From a virus, in IMG/VR virus record IMGVR_UViG_3300025164_000635, positions 1 through 64,000 of that record: 64,000 nucleotides of DNA; one strand, written 5' to 3'. Both the position numbers and the translations under genes were made by a program. Below are positions 26,601-35,901 of this stretch, one piece after another. The number at the start of each line of letters is the position of its first letter. Positions within the stretch are counted from its first letter, which is position 1. The notes beneath the pieces are model-generated. The model worked only from the letters and a program-made list of their open reading frames with translations, had not been told where the DNA came from and made no database searches.

Positions 26601-29600
26601 ACTACCCAGTCCTAAGCCACCAGCGGCCAGGGCGTAAGAGCCCAGTGAGGGCTGATCAGGATCTTCCATTCCAAGAACGCCCGAGGTGGCCTCCATGACG
26701 GGTCCCATGATGTCCCATCCAGCCCGACCGACCGACAGACCAAACCTTTGAGCCGCAACCTGCCCACGTCTGACGGTTCCGGCTGGCCCAAAGAAGCCAG
26801 CGGGTCCGCCCATCATAGCAACGTCCTGCTGTTGGCCACCTAGGAACTTGGCGTAATCGTCCATGCGCCCTGTAATCTGGCCGCCTGTCATACGCCAGGC
26901 ACGTTGCAGGTTCCAGGCGGCAAAGGCGATCTGACTGACATCGCCCTCACCAAAGATACGACCCATGGCGCTGCGCGCCGATCGTTGGAGAGCGGCCCTG
27001 GATAGCGGGTCTTGATCCTCGGCGCCCGCTTCCCGGAGTTGGACGATTTGTTGTCCAACCGCTCTTCTCTGCTCAGGCGTGAATCCCAATTCCTGGAAGA
27101 GGCCCCGCAGGCTGCGTGCGGCCTGTATGTCCCCCTGCGGGCCGGCCGCGGCCATCATCTCCTGTGCCCATTTCCGTTCAGCAGGAGCCTCCCTACCCTG
27201 CTGGATGCGCTTCAGGACATCCCCGAAATCCTCAGTGTGTCGGCGTGCCGTTTGAAGGGTCTCTCCGAAATCTTTGAGATACTTGTTCGTCTCCTTCTGT
27301 TGGATCGCGGCGGCCGCAATCTGCCGGAAGTTCTCGGCGGTCGACTCGGGCCCCACTGCCCCACCACCGAGTGTCTTCATTTCCGCGAATCGTTCTGCAA
27401 TGAACTTCTCGGTCACCCGGCCCGATTCGAGACGGCGGAACGTCTCGGCCGCGGCCGGAGTCATCTTGCCTTGGAACATCTGCTCAAGTACACCGCCTTC
27501 GTATCTTTCTCCTCCTTCAGTTGTGCCAGGCGGGAATGTTTCTGCCATGGCCTGGCCGAAAGTCTGTCCCTCTTTGATGCGCTGTCTGATGATCGACAAC
27601 TGCTCCTGAAAGCGCTCACCCCCGTACTTATAACCAAGATTCTTTGGACGTCCCTGGTACATAAGAACCCGACCGATGGCTCTCCCAACATCTCCCCCTT
27701 CCTCGGTGAGGAGCTTGACGAAATCACCCATCGACTGTGCGGCAATGTCGGCTGGAACCTGGCCCGGCTCTTTGTAGCCGGTCGTCGTCGAGGCTTCCCG
27801 TTCGGCTTTTGCTTGTGCTCGCCGACGAGCAACAAATTCAGCCGTCTCAATCCCGCTTCCTTCCTGGAAGATGCCGGCTGCGCGAGCCGATTCTCCAGGG
27901 GTAACCCCACCTGGTGTCTGGGGCGTGAGCCTCGGCTCGGGTGGTGTCTCAGGCTCAGGTGGTATTGCCATCACAGGCGGTCTTCTACTGGGTGGCTTGC
28001 GTCCACCGCCTCCCTGGGCACGAGGAGTTGGCGCTGGGGCAGTCGGATCGAAACGAGCTGCTAGTTCTTCAGGGCTCAACTCACCAGACACACGAGCCTT
28101 CATGGCCGCGTCCAGCCGATCCCGTTCCTCCTTGGCTATCTTCCGCCGCGCCTCTAGTAGCTCGCGTTCTTCGTCGTTTATGTTGGCTAGGTTCCCAGAA
28201 GAACCTGGATTGTCATACTCATCGAGGCTTGGAACTCCCACTCCCAGACGGATACGCTGCATCGCCTCCCAGGATTTCTGGCGGAACGCTTCCAGGCCAC
28301 GGGAGACTGTCTCAGTCACGTAAGTCGGAAGCAGGCCAGCGGAAGCCAGGTCGGACAATAGTCCACGAGCTCTCTCTTCCTCGTCCTCAGACTTTTCGCC
28401 TGTCACCCAAGGCGCGATATTGCCGCTTTCCAGACGTTGGGCGGCTAGCATCGGGGTTGCTAGGCGCTCGAAGAAGCCGAATCCACCGGTCGGCTGCCGT
28501 CCCTTAGCGGTCTGCTGGAAGTTGGTGTACTGTGGATTGTTGATGACATCTCGCATGATGCCACGCAGCCAGGGCGCTTTACTCTGAACACCCCGGTTGG
28601 TGATACGAGTGCCAATCACGGCTGTCAGAGGGCCTGCCTCTTTCCAGAAGCCCTGCTCACCGCCCATCCCCTGAATTAGGTCGTTGACCAGCTCTTCGGT
28701 CACGTCGTCACGGGTGACCCCCTCAAGCCTCTTGGCAATTCCTGTTCTCGTCTCAGGATTGGACGAAAGGAGGGTTGCCACGTCCCGATGCCAGGCTTTG
28801 TTGAGCTGTTCTTTAGTGGGGTCGGCAAAGCCACGGAACTCCTCGGCTTCCAGGACAGCCCGGATGATCTCCTTGGGGAGGGCCTGGAAGTCAACTTCTC
28901 GCTCGGGCGGCTTGCCCATTGTGGGATCGAGGGTTTCCCGAATCTTGCCGCGTACCCGACCTCGGCTGGTCGGGTCGTCTTCCCCGCCCGTCCTCAACGA
29001 ATAGGAGTTCATGATGCCCATCAGGGTTCTCATGCCGGACGAGACCGGCTCGTCCAGAGAAGCTTGATAGGCGAAATAGGAGGTACGCGCCAGAGTATCC
29101 TGTTCGCTCTGGGTGTTCATACCCATCGACTTCATCGCGATGGACAGGTTCCTTACAAACGGGTTGAACACATCGCCCCGCTGCTTCTGGGCAATCTGCT
29201 CGACGAGGTATGCCTGACGAGCGTCCTTGGTGGTGACCGAGGCGTTCATCTGCTCCAGGCTACCAAAGAACTCATCGGCCGTCTTGGGCGCCTTGCCGAC
29301 ATTCTGCATCCACTTGGCGAGTTCGGATGCCTTCATGCCGGTTCGTCTGACCAGATCATCCTCAACCGTCAAGTAGTTCTCCCAAGTGCGCTGACCGTGT
29401 ACCTGCTCACCGGTCACCAGCTCCAGGAACCGGAACTGCCGTTCCAGGAACTCTTCCTCTGTGGATCTCCTGGCGGCCTCGCCCGGCGTGGTGATGGACT
29501 TGCCAATCTTGAACACGGTGGCCAGGAAGAGAGCCACCTGGTCCCCATCTGCGTCCCCTTGGAAGCGGTTGGCGATCATCTGGGAGAAAGCCATCCCCTG

Positions 29601-32600
29601 GAAGTTCCGAGGAACGGGGATTCCCAAGCGGCCCGCCTCGGCGGTCGTCACGATCCGGAAGCCCGGCATGGACGTTACGCCTTGTAGCACGTCTGGTCGC
29701 CTCTGGCCCAAGGCGGTCATACCTGTCTCAACGTACCGATCCAGTGCCTCCTGGCTCATATCCCCTGAAGGCATACCGGTCAGTTCCCGCAACGCTTTTT
29801 CACCAACGATGACTTCCATAGGACGGGCGCCGGGAATGAAGGCATACGTCCCTTCTGTCCCCATGCGACCTGTCACATCTGAGGAGACCAACCCTTTCGC
29901 CACGGCCTTTGTGCCCATCAGTCGATTCATCCGATCACGTACCTGGCCGAAGGCACGCGCCTCTTCATTTGAGCCGGCCCGGGCTTTGACGAGCGTCTCG
30001 TAATAGTGGATGATCGCGTTATGTTCCTCTTGGGGGAACACGTCCTTCTCGGTGCCGGGAATGGGGTTGACCATTCCCGTGACTTCACTCGGAACGCTCA
30101 TGATCGACATCTGCGGCAATGGCGGAGTGATCACTCCGCCCCCAATGTCAACATACCGGCCTGGCGTAACCTGAGCCATCTTCTCAACAAACGAGAGCTC
30201 AGATGGTAGCTTGGCGATCTCTTCTCGGAGGTCTGCTAGGCTGACGACATTCATGTCCTCGCGAGTGGTTGGGTCCCGTGAGGCAGTAGCCGATTTCAGC
30301 AGACTCTCGTAATACTGGCGCTGGTGCCCTCCTTCCCGGAGTGCCCTTTCGGCCATACGAGGCGGCATGGCCTGCAACTCACCGAGCGTGGCCTGAGCCC
30401 GGCCCGTCCAGAGTTTCTCCATCTGGAACATGCGGCCGCCGACCGGCATCGCCCCCTGGAAGGTGACTTCCCGACGCTCGTTCCGATTCTGCCGCCAGTC
30501 ATCCCAGTCGATCTGGCCCAACGACTCCCGCCCATGAACACGGGCGTAGGTTTCGGCCTCCTCGTAGCTGACCGGGATACTCATGCGGACGTTCTGCTTC
30601 ACCATCTGCTGCTGAATGGCTCGTCCGATTTGGATGATGTAGGGGTCTAGTTTTTCGCCCCAGATCAGGCGTTTGCCGGTGATGGCCGCCTTGCTCTTCC
30701 GGGCCCACTCCCGTTCTTCGGGATCATAGTCCTCGACCAATCCTTCTTTGTAAGGGTCAAGACCCATCGACTGAAGCGTTTTAGTTAACAGCTCAAAGCC
30801 GCGTTTCTTGGTAGCGTAATAGTCACTCACCAGCGAGAAAAGTTCCTGACGAGGCGCTTGTGCAACTGGCATCAGCGCTTCAATGTTCAGGGCACCCCCC
30901 TCAACCCGTTTATTCAAGTCCTCGTAGGCCATGCCAACCGCTTTGTTTCCGAGCCAGGACTTGATCAACTCCTGCTCACCGCTAACCTTCCCCACGCCCT
31001 CCACCCGCAGCATGGACTCGCCACTCTCATAATGCTGGAAGGCGCGATTGACTGCAAACTGCATGAACTGCTTGGCCTTGAACGCTATCTCCCGGGCGTG
31101 CCCCAGCCGCCCCAGGGGGATTGAGCCACCGGTCTGCCGGCGATAGGCTTCCTCGTCCGGTGTAAAGTCCACACCCGAAGGAAGAGGGATGTCTTCCTGG
31201 TGGGGAAGGACAAAGCCGCCCTGGGCATCCATCTGCCGCATGGTTGCGGCGTCCATCAACATCATGCCTTCTGGCAAGTTCGGGGTGTACCCCACATTGA
31301 AGTGGATGCCTCGCTCAGAACGAGGAGCTCCTTCCATGCGGAACGGGGAGATGATGTTCCGACCCGTTTCAGGGGCCGCCGAGAGCATGTAGTCCCGGCG
31401 TGCAGCCATCGACACCCGTTTGCGGATCTTGGCAATCTGCTCCAGCAGAAGACCCGCTCTGATTCTTCCCGGCGTAGAAACATGGCCGGGAAGAGCCTTG
31501 TTGAGTTGCTCAATGTCATAGCCCAAGCTTGGATCACGTCCACGTGCCACCAGGCCGCCCGACTTCTCGTACCATCTCTGGACGGTCATCGGGTCGCCAG
31601 ACTCGCGTTCCTGACCTACTTGGTTGATCTTCACAGCCAACTGGTTCAGGGCTTCTCCGGCCGCGGTCGACGTCTCGCCAAAGACAGGCCCGACTCTGGG
31701 CATCCCTTCCATGAGCTTGCGGCGTCTCTCGTTCACGAGACGCATGGCCGCCCGGGGAGTCATCCCCTCTCCAATGGATTTACGCCACACGTGCATCAAC
31801 TCCGAGAAGATCTCGGGCTGGACGGGCCTCATGCCGGCTTCAAACTGGACGGGCGTGACAAGCACATCATCGATCGTCGGCTGGCCACGGAACTCACCCA
31901 ATCGCCCTTCCTGGACGACCGGCATCTCCCCCGTTTCCTTCTCGGAGGCAATGTCGGGCAGAATGAAGCGGCCGCCCTGGGTGAGAATGGACTTGGCTCC
32001 CAGAATCTCTTTGACGCGGCCGTAGGCCACACGTGCAAAGCCCAGAGGGGATGTTTCGGCAACTGGCTCGGTTGGCTTTTCGGCAGCCCTCTGCGGGAGA
32101 CGGGTCGGATCAAAGCTACTGACCCCGATCTCTTGCATATGAGATTGAAGCTCTTTGATAGCCTCTTCTTCCGAGAAGTCTCCCTTCCGGGCGCCCTTCG
32201 CCAGCATGCCGGCGATCTCGTACAGCGCCCGCATATCTCGCCGCCAAGCAAACGGGATGACAGGCGAGCCGGGTTCGCCAGTGCCTCTCTCGAACTCACT
32301 CAGTCGATGGGGGTGAAATCCAGTCCACTTCTCAATGAGACCTGCCTCATCAGAGGCGGCACGGATGGGGGTATAGAGAGTGCCGCCGGGCTGAAACTCT
32401 TTGGCCTCGGCCACAGGCCGCTCAGAATAGGTGATGTTCTTAACCGGTACTAGCTCCGAGGAAAGATGAGGGATTTCCTCGACGTTCTGACCCGTCATAC
32501 GCCTCATGATCTGGCGGGCGTACTCAACCCGGTTCTCTTCGTTCAGGCCGTGCCAAGCGACGATGATGTCTGTCGCAATGGTCTTGGGAGCAAAGAACAG

Positions 32601-33065
32601 GCTGGCCTTTGCTCCTGGGGCAAGGCTTTCTCGGAGTGCGTGGGCATACATTTGGGGCTGGAGAAAATAGCCCTCTTCCTTCGGGGTGCCGGTGTATTTC
32701 TCAGGCTGGAAGTGGACCTTCTCGGTGGGCGTGGAGACCTTAACGTCTGAGACGTTGATGATCTTATCGCCACCGTTCCAGAGCACGACGTCAGGCCGTC
32801 CCTTATAGGGAATATCGTAAGCTCTGCCGGTCAGCCCCTTGATCTGAGTGGAGATACGCGCAACGCCCGTCCCGGAAAGAGTCTCAGGATGGGCTTTTAC
32901 GAAGGGGATCAGTGTGTCTGAGACAAACTGATCGAACTCTTCACCGTGCTTGATGTCTTCAGATGACCAGAAACCCTGCTTGGGATCGCTGGAGAGGTAG
33001 GGCCAGCCTTTAGCGGAATAAGCGGCCGCGCTCGGTCTGACTTCGGGACGATCAGGAGGAGGCAT
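23604..33065 (-). CDS. giant tape-measure protein fused to a putative two-barrel RNA polymerase and an N-terminal PD-(D/E)xK domain
   Basis: tape-measure position after tail tube and chaperones; C-terminal Gly/Ala hydrophobic and Q/E/R helical repeats; QRRP and RFQGDADGDQVALF (aa ~1121, ~1171); KSWLGNKA..EDL (aa ~700); GRPD..DVK..QPQMY (aa ~92-140). Confidence 0.8.
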   Translation of the reverse strand: MPPPDRPEVRPSAAAYSAKGWPYLSSDPKQGFWSSEDIKHGEEFDQFVSDTLIPFVKAHPETLSGTGVARISTQIKGLTGRAYDIPYKGRPDVVLWNGGDKIINVSDVKVSTPTEKVHFQPEKYTGTPKEEGYFLQPQMYAHALRESLAPGAKASLFFAPKTIATDIIVAWHGLNEENRVEYARQIMRRMTGQNVEEIPHLSSELVPVKNITYSERPVAEAKEFQPGGTLYTPIRAASDEAGLIEKWTGFHPHRLSEFERGTGEPGSPVIPFAWRRDMRALYEIAGMLAKGARKGDFSEEEAIKELQSHMQEIGVSSFDPTRLPQRAAEKPTEPVAETSPLGFARVAYGRVKEILGAKSILTQGGRFILPDIASEKETGEMPVVQEGRLGEFRGQPTIDDVLVTPVQFEAGMRPVQPEIFSELMHVWRKSIGEGMTPRAAMRLVNERRRKLMEGMPRVGPVFGETSTAAGEALNQLAVKINQVGQERESGDPMTVQRWYEKSGGLVARGRDPSLGYDIEQLNKALPGHVSTPGRIRAGLLLEQIAKIRKRVSMAARRDYMLSAAPETGRNIISPFRMEGAPRSERGIHFNVGYTPNLPEGMMLMDAATMRQMDAQGGFVLPHQEDIPLPSGVDFTPDEEAYRRQTGGSIPLGRLGHAREIAFKAKQFMQFAVNRAFQHYESGESMLRVEGVGKVSGEQELIKSWLGNKAVGMAYEDLNKRVEGGALNIEALMPVAQAPRQELFSLVSDYYATKKRGFELLTKTLQSMGLDPYKEGLVEDYDPEEREWARKSKAAITGKRLIWGEKLDPYIIQIGRAIQQQMVKQNVRMSIPVSYEEAETYARVHGRESLGQIDWDDWRQNRNERREVTFQGAMPVGGRMFQMEKLWTGRAQATLGELQAMPPRMAERALREGGHQRQYYESLLKSATASRDPTTREDMNVVSLADLREEIAKLPSELSFVEKMAQVTPGRYVDIGGGVITPPLPQMSIMSVPSEVTGMVNPIPGTEKDVFPQEEHNAIIHYYETLVKARAGSNEEARAFGQVRDRMNRLMGTKAVAKGLVSSDVTGRMGTEGTYAFIPGARPMEVIVGEKALRELTGMPSGDMSQEALDRYVETGMTALGQRRPDVLQGVTSMPGFRIVTTAEAGRLGIPVPRNFQGMAFSQMIANRFQGDADGDQVALFLATVFKIGKSITTPGEAARRSTEEEFLERQFRFLELVTGEQVHGQRTWENYLTVEDDLVRRTGMKASELAKWMQNVGKAPKTADEFFGSLEQMNASVTTKDARQAYLVEQIAQKQRGDVFNPFVRNLSIAMKSMGMNTQSEQDTLARTSYFAYQASLDEPVSSGMRTLMGIMNSYSLRTGGEDDPTSRGRVRGKIRETLDPTMGKPPEREVDFQALPKEIIRAVLEAEEFRGFADPTKEQLNKAWHRDVATLLSSNPETRTGIAKRLEGVTRDDVTEELVNDLIQGMGGEQGFWKEAGPLTAVIGTRITNRGVQSKAPWLRGIMRDVINNPQYTNFQQTAKGRQPTGGFGFFERLATPMLAAQRLESGNIAPWVTGEKSEDEEERARGLLSDLASAGLLPTYVTETVSRGLEAFRQKSWEAMQRIRLGVGVPSLDEYDNPGSSGNLANINDEERELLEARRKIAKEERDRLDAAMKARVSGELSPEELAARFDPTAPAPTPRAQGGGGRKPPSRRPPVMAIPPEPETPPEPRLTPQTPGGVTPGESARAAGIFQEGSGIETAEFVARRRAQAKAEREASTTTGYKEPGQVPADIAAQSMGDFVKLLTEEGGDVGRAIGRVLMYQGRPKNLGYKYGGERFQEQLSIIRQRIKEGQTFGQAMAETFPPGTTEGGERYEGGVLEQMFQGKMTPAAAETFRRLESGRVTEKFIAERFAEMKTLGGGAVGPESTAENFRQIAAAAIQQKETNKYLKDFGETLQTARRHTEDFGDVLKRIQQGREAPAERKWAQEMMAAAGPQGDIQAARSLRGLFQELGFTPEQRRAVGQQIVQLREAGAEDQDPLSRAALQRSARSAMGRIFGEGDVSQIAFAAWNLQRAWRMTGGQITGRMDDYAKFLGGQQQDVAMMGGPAGFFGPAGTVRRGQVAAQRFGLSVGRAGWDIMGPVMEATSGVLGMEDPDQPSLGSYALAAGGLGLGSLFALAGGGRLASMAGLGVLGRPMTGLAENIAGGVVGRAGGLARGVRGLGETAALRGMYALEGRALGRLALRGAGVGGGLVGGALGIGLLGGELLGEAGANIGEAQGGETGASIGRVAGTGAGILGTRALLGARLAGGGAITGPLTGGIALGGAIYDETIGRQQGITAGQIVNQLLGGIDTGARLLVASLSQSADVWKDAQRTGAMWAERAEGSSREGSKATQEAAEQMKKFADYSRFGKELEARMEAIRQPMEAGTGVKVGALLAQATGMDLQTMMRPESIKAMQQLMLLPPELQQQRMGLGVGMARAAGMEWGGAGFAGTIQQAISLTPQQQLRAQFNLGQISPIGGLAQQYGVQLPALTPDLITNLSPEQRTMLTRVGSLDPVAISREATRLQGMQPQLQQAQFAQNLRAEATRMQDMTLAQQNITQEAREQRDRDRSLMQQGASFLFPETAIRAAAVGGQRGIFGAGQAIAAQMGQVQQVIQRAIPTTQPDFRSLIQVEPETLQRAGTTDVSMFAPSDWAMGQRLYGRTTAPIDTGMNLVQAQSQARMADRAYQQFQYQQQLAQLGRQQVYQLGGQIGGYDFTGGFNIEQAQLGEGARAQRRQFQLQAGTMNYGWLGRGADAFQGMGGEYADLERMGAAGLGYRQFYENLEQQRRVSGIQRGRTEEDVQRQYQRQMTGLGWQEQDLTVNFERSMTRFTQSLQDLTTNFQRGQTQFGWQRENLAFQGSQQALSFGWQMEDIDTAMRYATGRERRQLSRQRERGVVGYGMQVEQLGREGERLEERQQWAQEDFNRERNRLEERRGWAEEDFGKEKDRIDTRREWAEEDLARALERLLEQGKLDEEQFGLRAKQFEEDQKMAKLRHDESVKHFSITNGLQVKAFEDRKKQFEIESAAQAVSLIKTMLHTAEVIRLQDQIGVLTSAMSYRFDRFSEDIKDPNGKLANSLNAIVLDISGALGSAHQPYFKGHDTVFRAFERLTEAVVANVNRAVQELTSG

Positions 33066-33067
33066 CG

Positions 33068-33430
33068 CTAGGTCCGGTTGAAGAGGTTTTGAAGATCATT
33101 CTTGCCGTTCCCTTGTTGGAACTTCTGCTCCAGGACTTGATCCATCCACTCTCGGAAGTCGGACTCGCCCGAGGCGCACGCCTCGAACTCGTTCATCAGG
33201 ATGTGTGGCTGTGAGGCAACACCACCTGGCCACCACAGGCTGTTCCAGGTTCGGCACTTGCGATAGAGCCAGTAGACCTCTGGCATCTTCTGAACTCCCT
33301 CCGGGAAGAGGGCTGACTCAGGCACCATGGAGAAGGTGTTGCCGAACTTGAGGCGTTCGGCTTGGTAATACTCGTACTTGAGTGCACCCGCTACCGCCTC
33401 CTGAATCTGGCGATAGTGGGCGCTCATCAT
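33068..33430 (-). CDS. tail assembly chaperone (gpT-like)
   Basis: between chaperone and tape measure; LWWPGG...QP motif; overlaps the upstream ORF in the -1 frame. Confidence 0.55.
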   Translation of the reverse strand: MMSAHYRQIQEAVAGALKYEYYQAERLKFGNTFSMVPESALFPEGVQKMPEVYWLYRKCRTWNSLWWPGGVASQPHILMNEFEACASGESDFREWMDQVLEQKFQQGNGKNDLQNLFNRT

Positions 33431-33903
33431 TTTGCTTGCTGCCAGTCCCAGTCTGGATTGAACTGACGAACCGCCCGATGGATGGTCTGGGCAACCAACG
33501 GGTGGAGCTTGCCCCATATCGAGGTGAACTCCTCCCACTTCATGATGTTGGCCGGCATCTTGGGGAAGACCGGCTTTCCGTTGCGTTCCAGGTTGCCCAC
33601 GTCTTGCAGAGTCCAGTAGGCTTCGTGCTGGATCCGCTCACGCCAGTTATCATCAATCACTTCAGACACGGCCAATCCGCTTTCGTCGGCCCCGGTGTAT
33701 CGTACCTCTCGTTTCGACTGCAAATCCGTTCTCCGGATCTGATCTTCTTCGGTCGCCTGCCGGACAACGACCCACACCCGTTTGGCGTCCCGTTCCTCGT
33801 CAGGAAGGCCGTCCAACTGTTGGTCTTCCAGGGACTTGAAAGCTGGCGAGATGTCGGCCAATTTGATCGGCTCACTGATGGTCGGATAGAGTGCGAGATC
33901 CAT
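33427..33903 (-). CDS. tail assembly chaperone (gpG-like)
   Basis: directly after the tail tube gene; AGGAG RBS; C-terminal NPDW. Confidence 0.6.
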   Translation of the reverse strand: MDLALYPTISEPIKLADISPAFKSLEDQQLDGLPDEERDAKRVWVVVRQATEEDQIRRTDLQSKREVRYTGADESGLAVSEVIDDNWRERIQHEAYWTLQDVGNLERNGKPVFPKMPANIMKWEEFTSIWGKLHPLVAQTIHRAVRQFNPDWDWQQAK

Positions 33904-33949
33904 GGTATCTCCTGGTGGGTAGGGGGATTGCTCCCCCTACCCGGCTCGA

Positions 33950-35296
33950 TTAGCTGGTCGGTATGGCATACGCTGCGCTGACGGTATTCTGGAAGCGCAC
34001 CTCGGCGTAAGGGGGGCTCACCGGCTTCTGGACGGTGCCGAGAAGAGTGATGATCACTGGCTGTCCAGCCGTGAACGGCAGAGCACCCTGCAACGCCCAG
34101 GACACATTCCCCTGGGTGGTGCGAACATTCAGGGCGAACTGCCGTGCGCCCGATAGGTAAGTCAGGGGACTGTAAGCCCGGAAGTCCACGTCTCCCGTGA
34201 AGGGAGAGGCCGAGAATCGCTTCCCGGTCGTCGAGTTGGTGATCAGAGCCCGATATAGATCGTAGTTGCTGATCAGGGCTGTCGCCCGGAACGTGATCTG
34301 GCGTGTGATGTTCGGGAAGTCTAGAGGACTGTACTCCCCGATGATCATGGCCTGCTCGACCGGCAGCAGAGAGTTCGTGATGGTCACCGTCAGACCCGAA
34401 CACTGCAACTGCTCGCCCTCAATGATGACCTGCGACTTCGGATCGGCTGCGATTGAAAACGCATCGTCGGAGTCGTAAGCATCGGTGAGCCAGTTGATGT
34501 TCACACTATGGCCAGCGCCGGCGATCTCGGTTGTCAGGGCCTCGGCCACCGTGATCTTGGCCGTCGTCGCCGTGACGACGGTGAACGTGCCATTGTTACC
34601 CGCTTCCGTGAAGCCCGACGTGACGATGGAGTCGCCCGGCTCGAAGCGCTGGAAACCGGATGCCGAGTCGTTGAAGCTGTCGTCTGTGGCACTCACAGAG
34701 ATCGTGGCCGCCGTGTAGCGTTTCGGGACGAACAGGTCTTCGTCTTCCGGCGAGCGTGCCATCAAGTCCATGGTGGCCGAGAGCACGCCCATCGACGGCA
34801 GGTTGAGCTCTAGGCTGCCGATACGAGCGTCCTGCATCTGCTCGCCCAGAGCATCTACGCCCGTGGCCGTCACCCCTTCCAGGAAGCGCCGCACAGACAT
34901 ATACGGCGTGTAGTTGGTCTGGGCCGAGTCGTGGGTGAAGGTGTGGATGTACGAGCCGGTCTCGGCTGAGTCGGCGCCGCCGCCGTCGATGTTGAAGGCG
35001 AAGTTGTCTGTGACAGTATCCTTGCCCATGGCCGCCAGGAGTATATGACCGATGTCATCCTGGAGACGAGGCAGGAAGGCGAGTTGGCCGGCTCCCCAGA
35101 CACCGGTCTTGTACATACCGCGTGGCGTGATGTCCGAGCCCGCTTCTAGGGGTAGGTTCCGGGAAGGCTGTGTGGGGCCGAACGGCGCTGCGGTAAAGGG
35201 AAACTTTCGCCAGGCGGGTGTCGCACTCATGAGGTTGTGGTCCCTCTGAATGGCAAGACCGAACTGGGATGCTGCTGCGATGTGAATTTGTCCCAT
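33950..35296 (-). CDS. major tail (tube) protein with an inserted beta domain
   Basis: position; HILLAAMG, YIHTFT, LTVTITNSL patterns; insert GDSIVTSGF...NNGTFTV. Confidence 0.75.
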   Translation of the reverse strand: MGQIHIAAASQFGLAIQRDHNLMSATPAWRKFPFTAAPFGPTQPSRNLPLEAGSDITPRGMYKTGVWGAGQLAFLPRLQDDIGHILLAAMGKDTVTDNFAFNIDGGGADSAETGSYIHTFTHDSAQTNYTPYMSVRRFLEGVTATGVDALGEQMQDARIGSLELNLPSMGVLSATMDLMARSPEDEDLFVPKRYTAATISVSATDDSFNDSASGFQRFEPGDSIVTSGFTEAGNNGTFTVVTATTAKITVAEALTTEIAGAGHSVNINWLTDAYDSDDAFSIAADPKSQVIIEGEQLQCSGLTVTITNSLLPVEQAMIIGEYSPLDFPNITRQITFRATALISNYDLYRALITNSTTGKRFSASPFTGDVDFRAYSPLTYLSGARQFALNVRTTQGNVSWALQGALPFTAGQPVIITLLGTVQKPVSPPYAEVRFQNTVSAAYAIPTS

Positions 35297-35328
35297 TGGG
35301 ATTCTCCTGTTGACGACTTAGGTTGCGA

Positions 35329-35898
35329 TCACGACAAGGGGATGCCGGTGGGATAAGGCTTTGGCCCAGTCGTGGTGAGCGCAGACCAGCGAAGGAAGAA
35401 GCGGGTGGTATTCGCCGTCTTCGCTCCAGAGTCGTACTCCACCACACCTGCGACCAGGAAGAGGTGTACTCTCTCCCCGTACTCATCCACCAAGTCCCGT
35501 ATATCCATATTTCTGAGAGCAAACTTAGCACGCGCCAGTGCTTCCTGGATCACGGCGTCCGCCTCAACGGGGTCCTCACGAGATCGGGTGAGGAGCCCGA
35601 CCGCCTCGACGACCCCCCGGATGAACTCGGAGGTATCACCGCCGATTATGGCCGGTGGCATGTGGAGACCGAGCGTGTTGGCCCTCCGGTCTGCCAGTGT
35701 GCCGTCCGTCCAGGCTGTATCCAGGATGGGATCGAAGTTGAGCAACACGAGTGCGATCCGATCCTTTCCAGGATTTCCCTGCGTTCTGAGGTATACCCCG
35801 TCCACCCGCGTCGTATTGTTAGCCGACAGGTCGGTCATGCAGACCTTTTTCAGGGTGTCCAGGATTCGCACATTCAGCAGGTGCTTGATGGCCGACAT
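35329..35898 (-). CDS. tail completion/terminator protein (putative)
   Basis: synteny between connector and tail tube. Confidence 0.5.
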   Translation of the reverse strand: MSAIKHLLNVRILDTLKKVCMTDLSANNTTRVDGVYLRTQGNPGKDRIALVLLNFDPILDTAWTDGTLADRRANTLGLHMPPAIIGGDTSEFIRGVVEAVGLLTRSREDPVEADAVIQEALARAKFALRNMDIRDLVDEYGERVHLFLVAGVVEYDSGAKTANTTRFFLRWSALTTTGPKPYPTGIPLS

Positions 35899-35901
35899 AC
35901 C

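Noticed and set aside
23863-32750. Long + strand ORFs (e.g. 27012..28064, 28788..29687, 31200..32453) inside the giant gene
   Set aside because: Antisense shadow ORFs typical of GC-rich coding DNA; no RBS or motifs.
33427-33538. Programmed -1 frameshift between tail chaperones
   Set aside because: The frames overlap in the -1 relation, but I found no XXXYYYZ slippery heptamer (only GCA-AAA-TGA), and the second ORF has its own coupled ATG.
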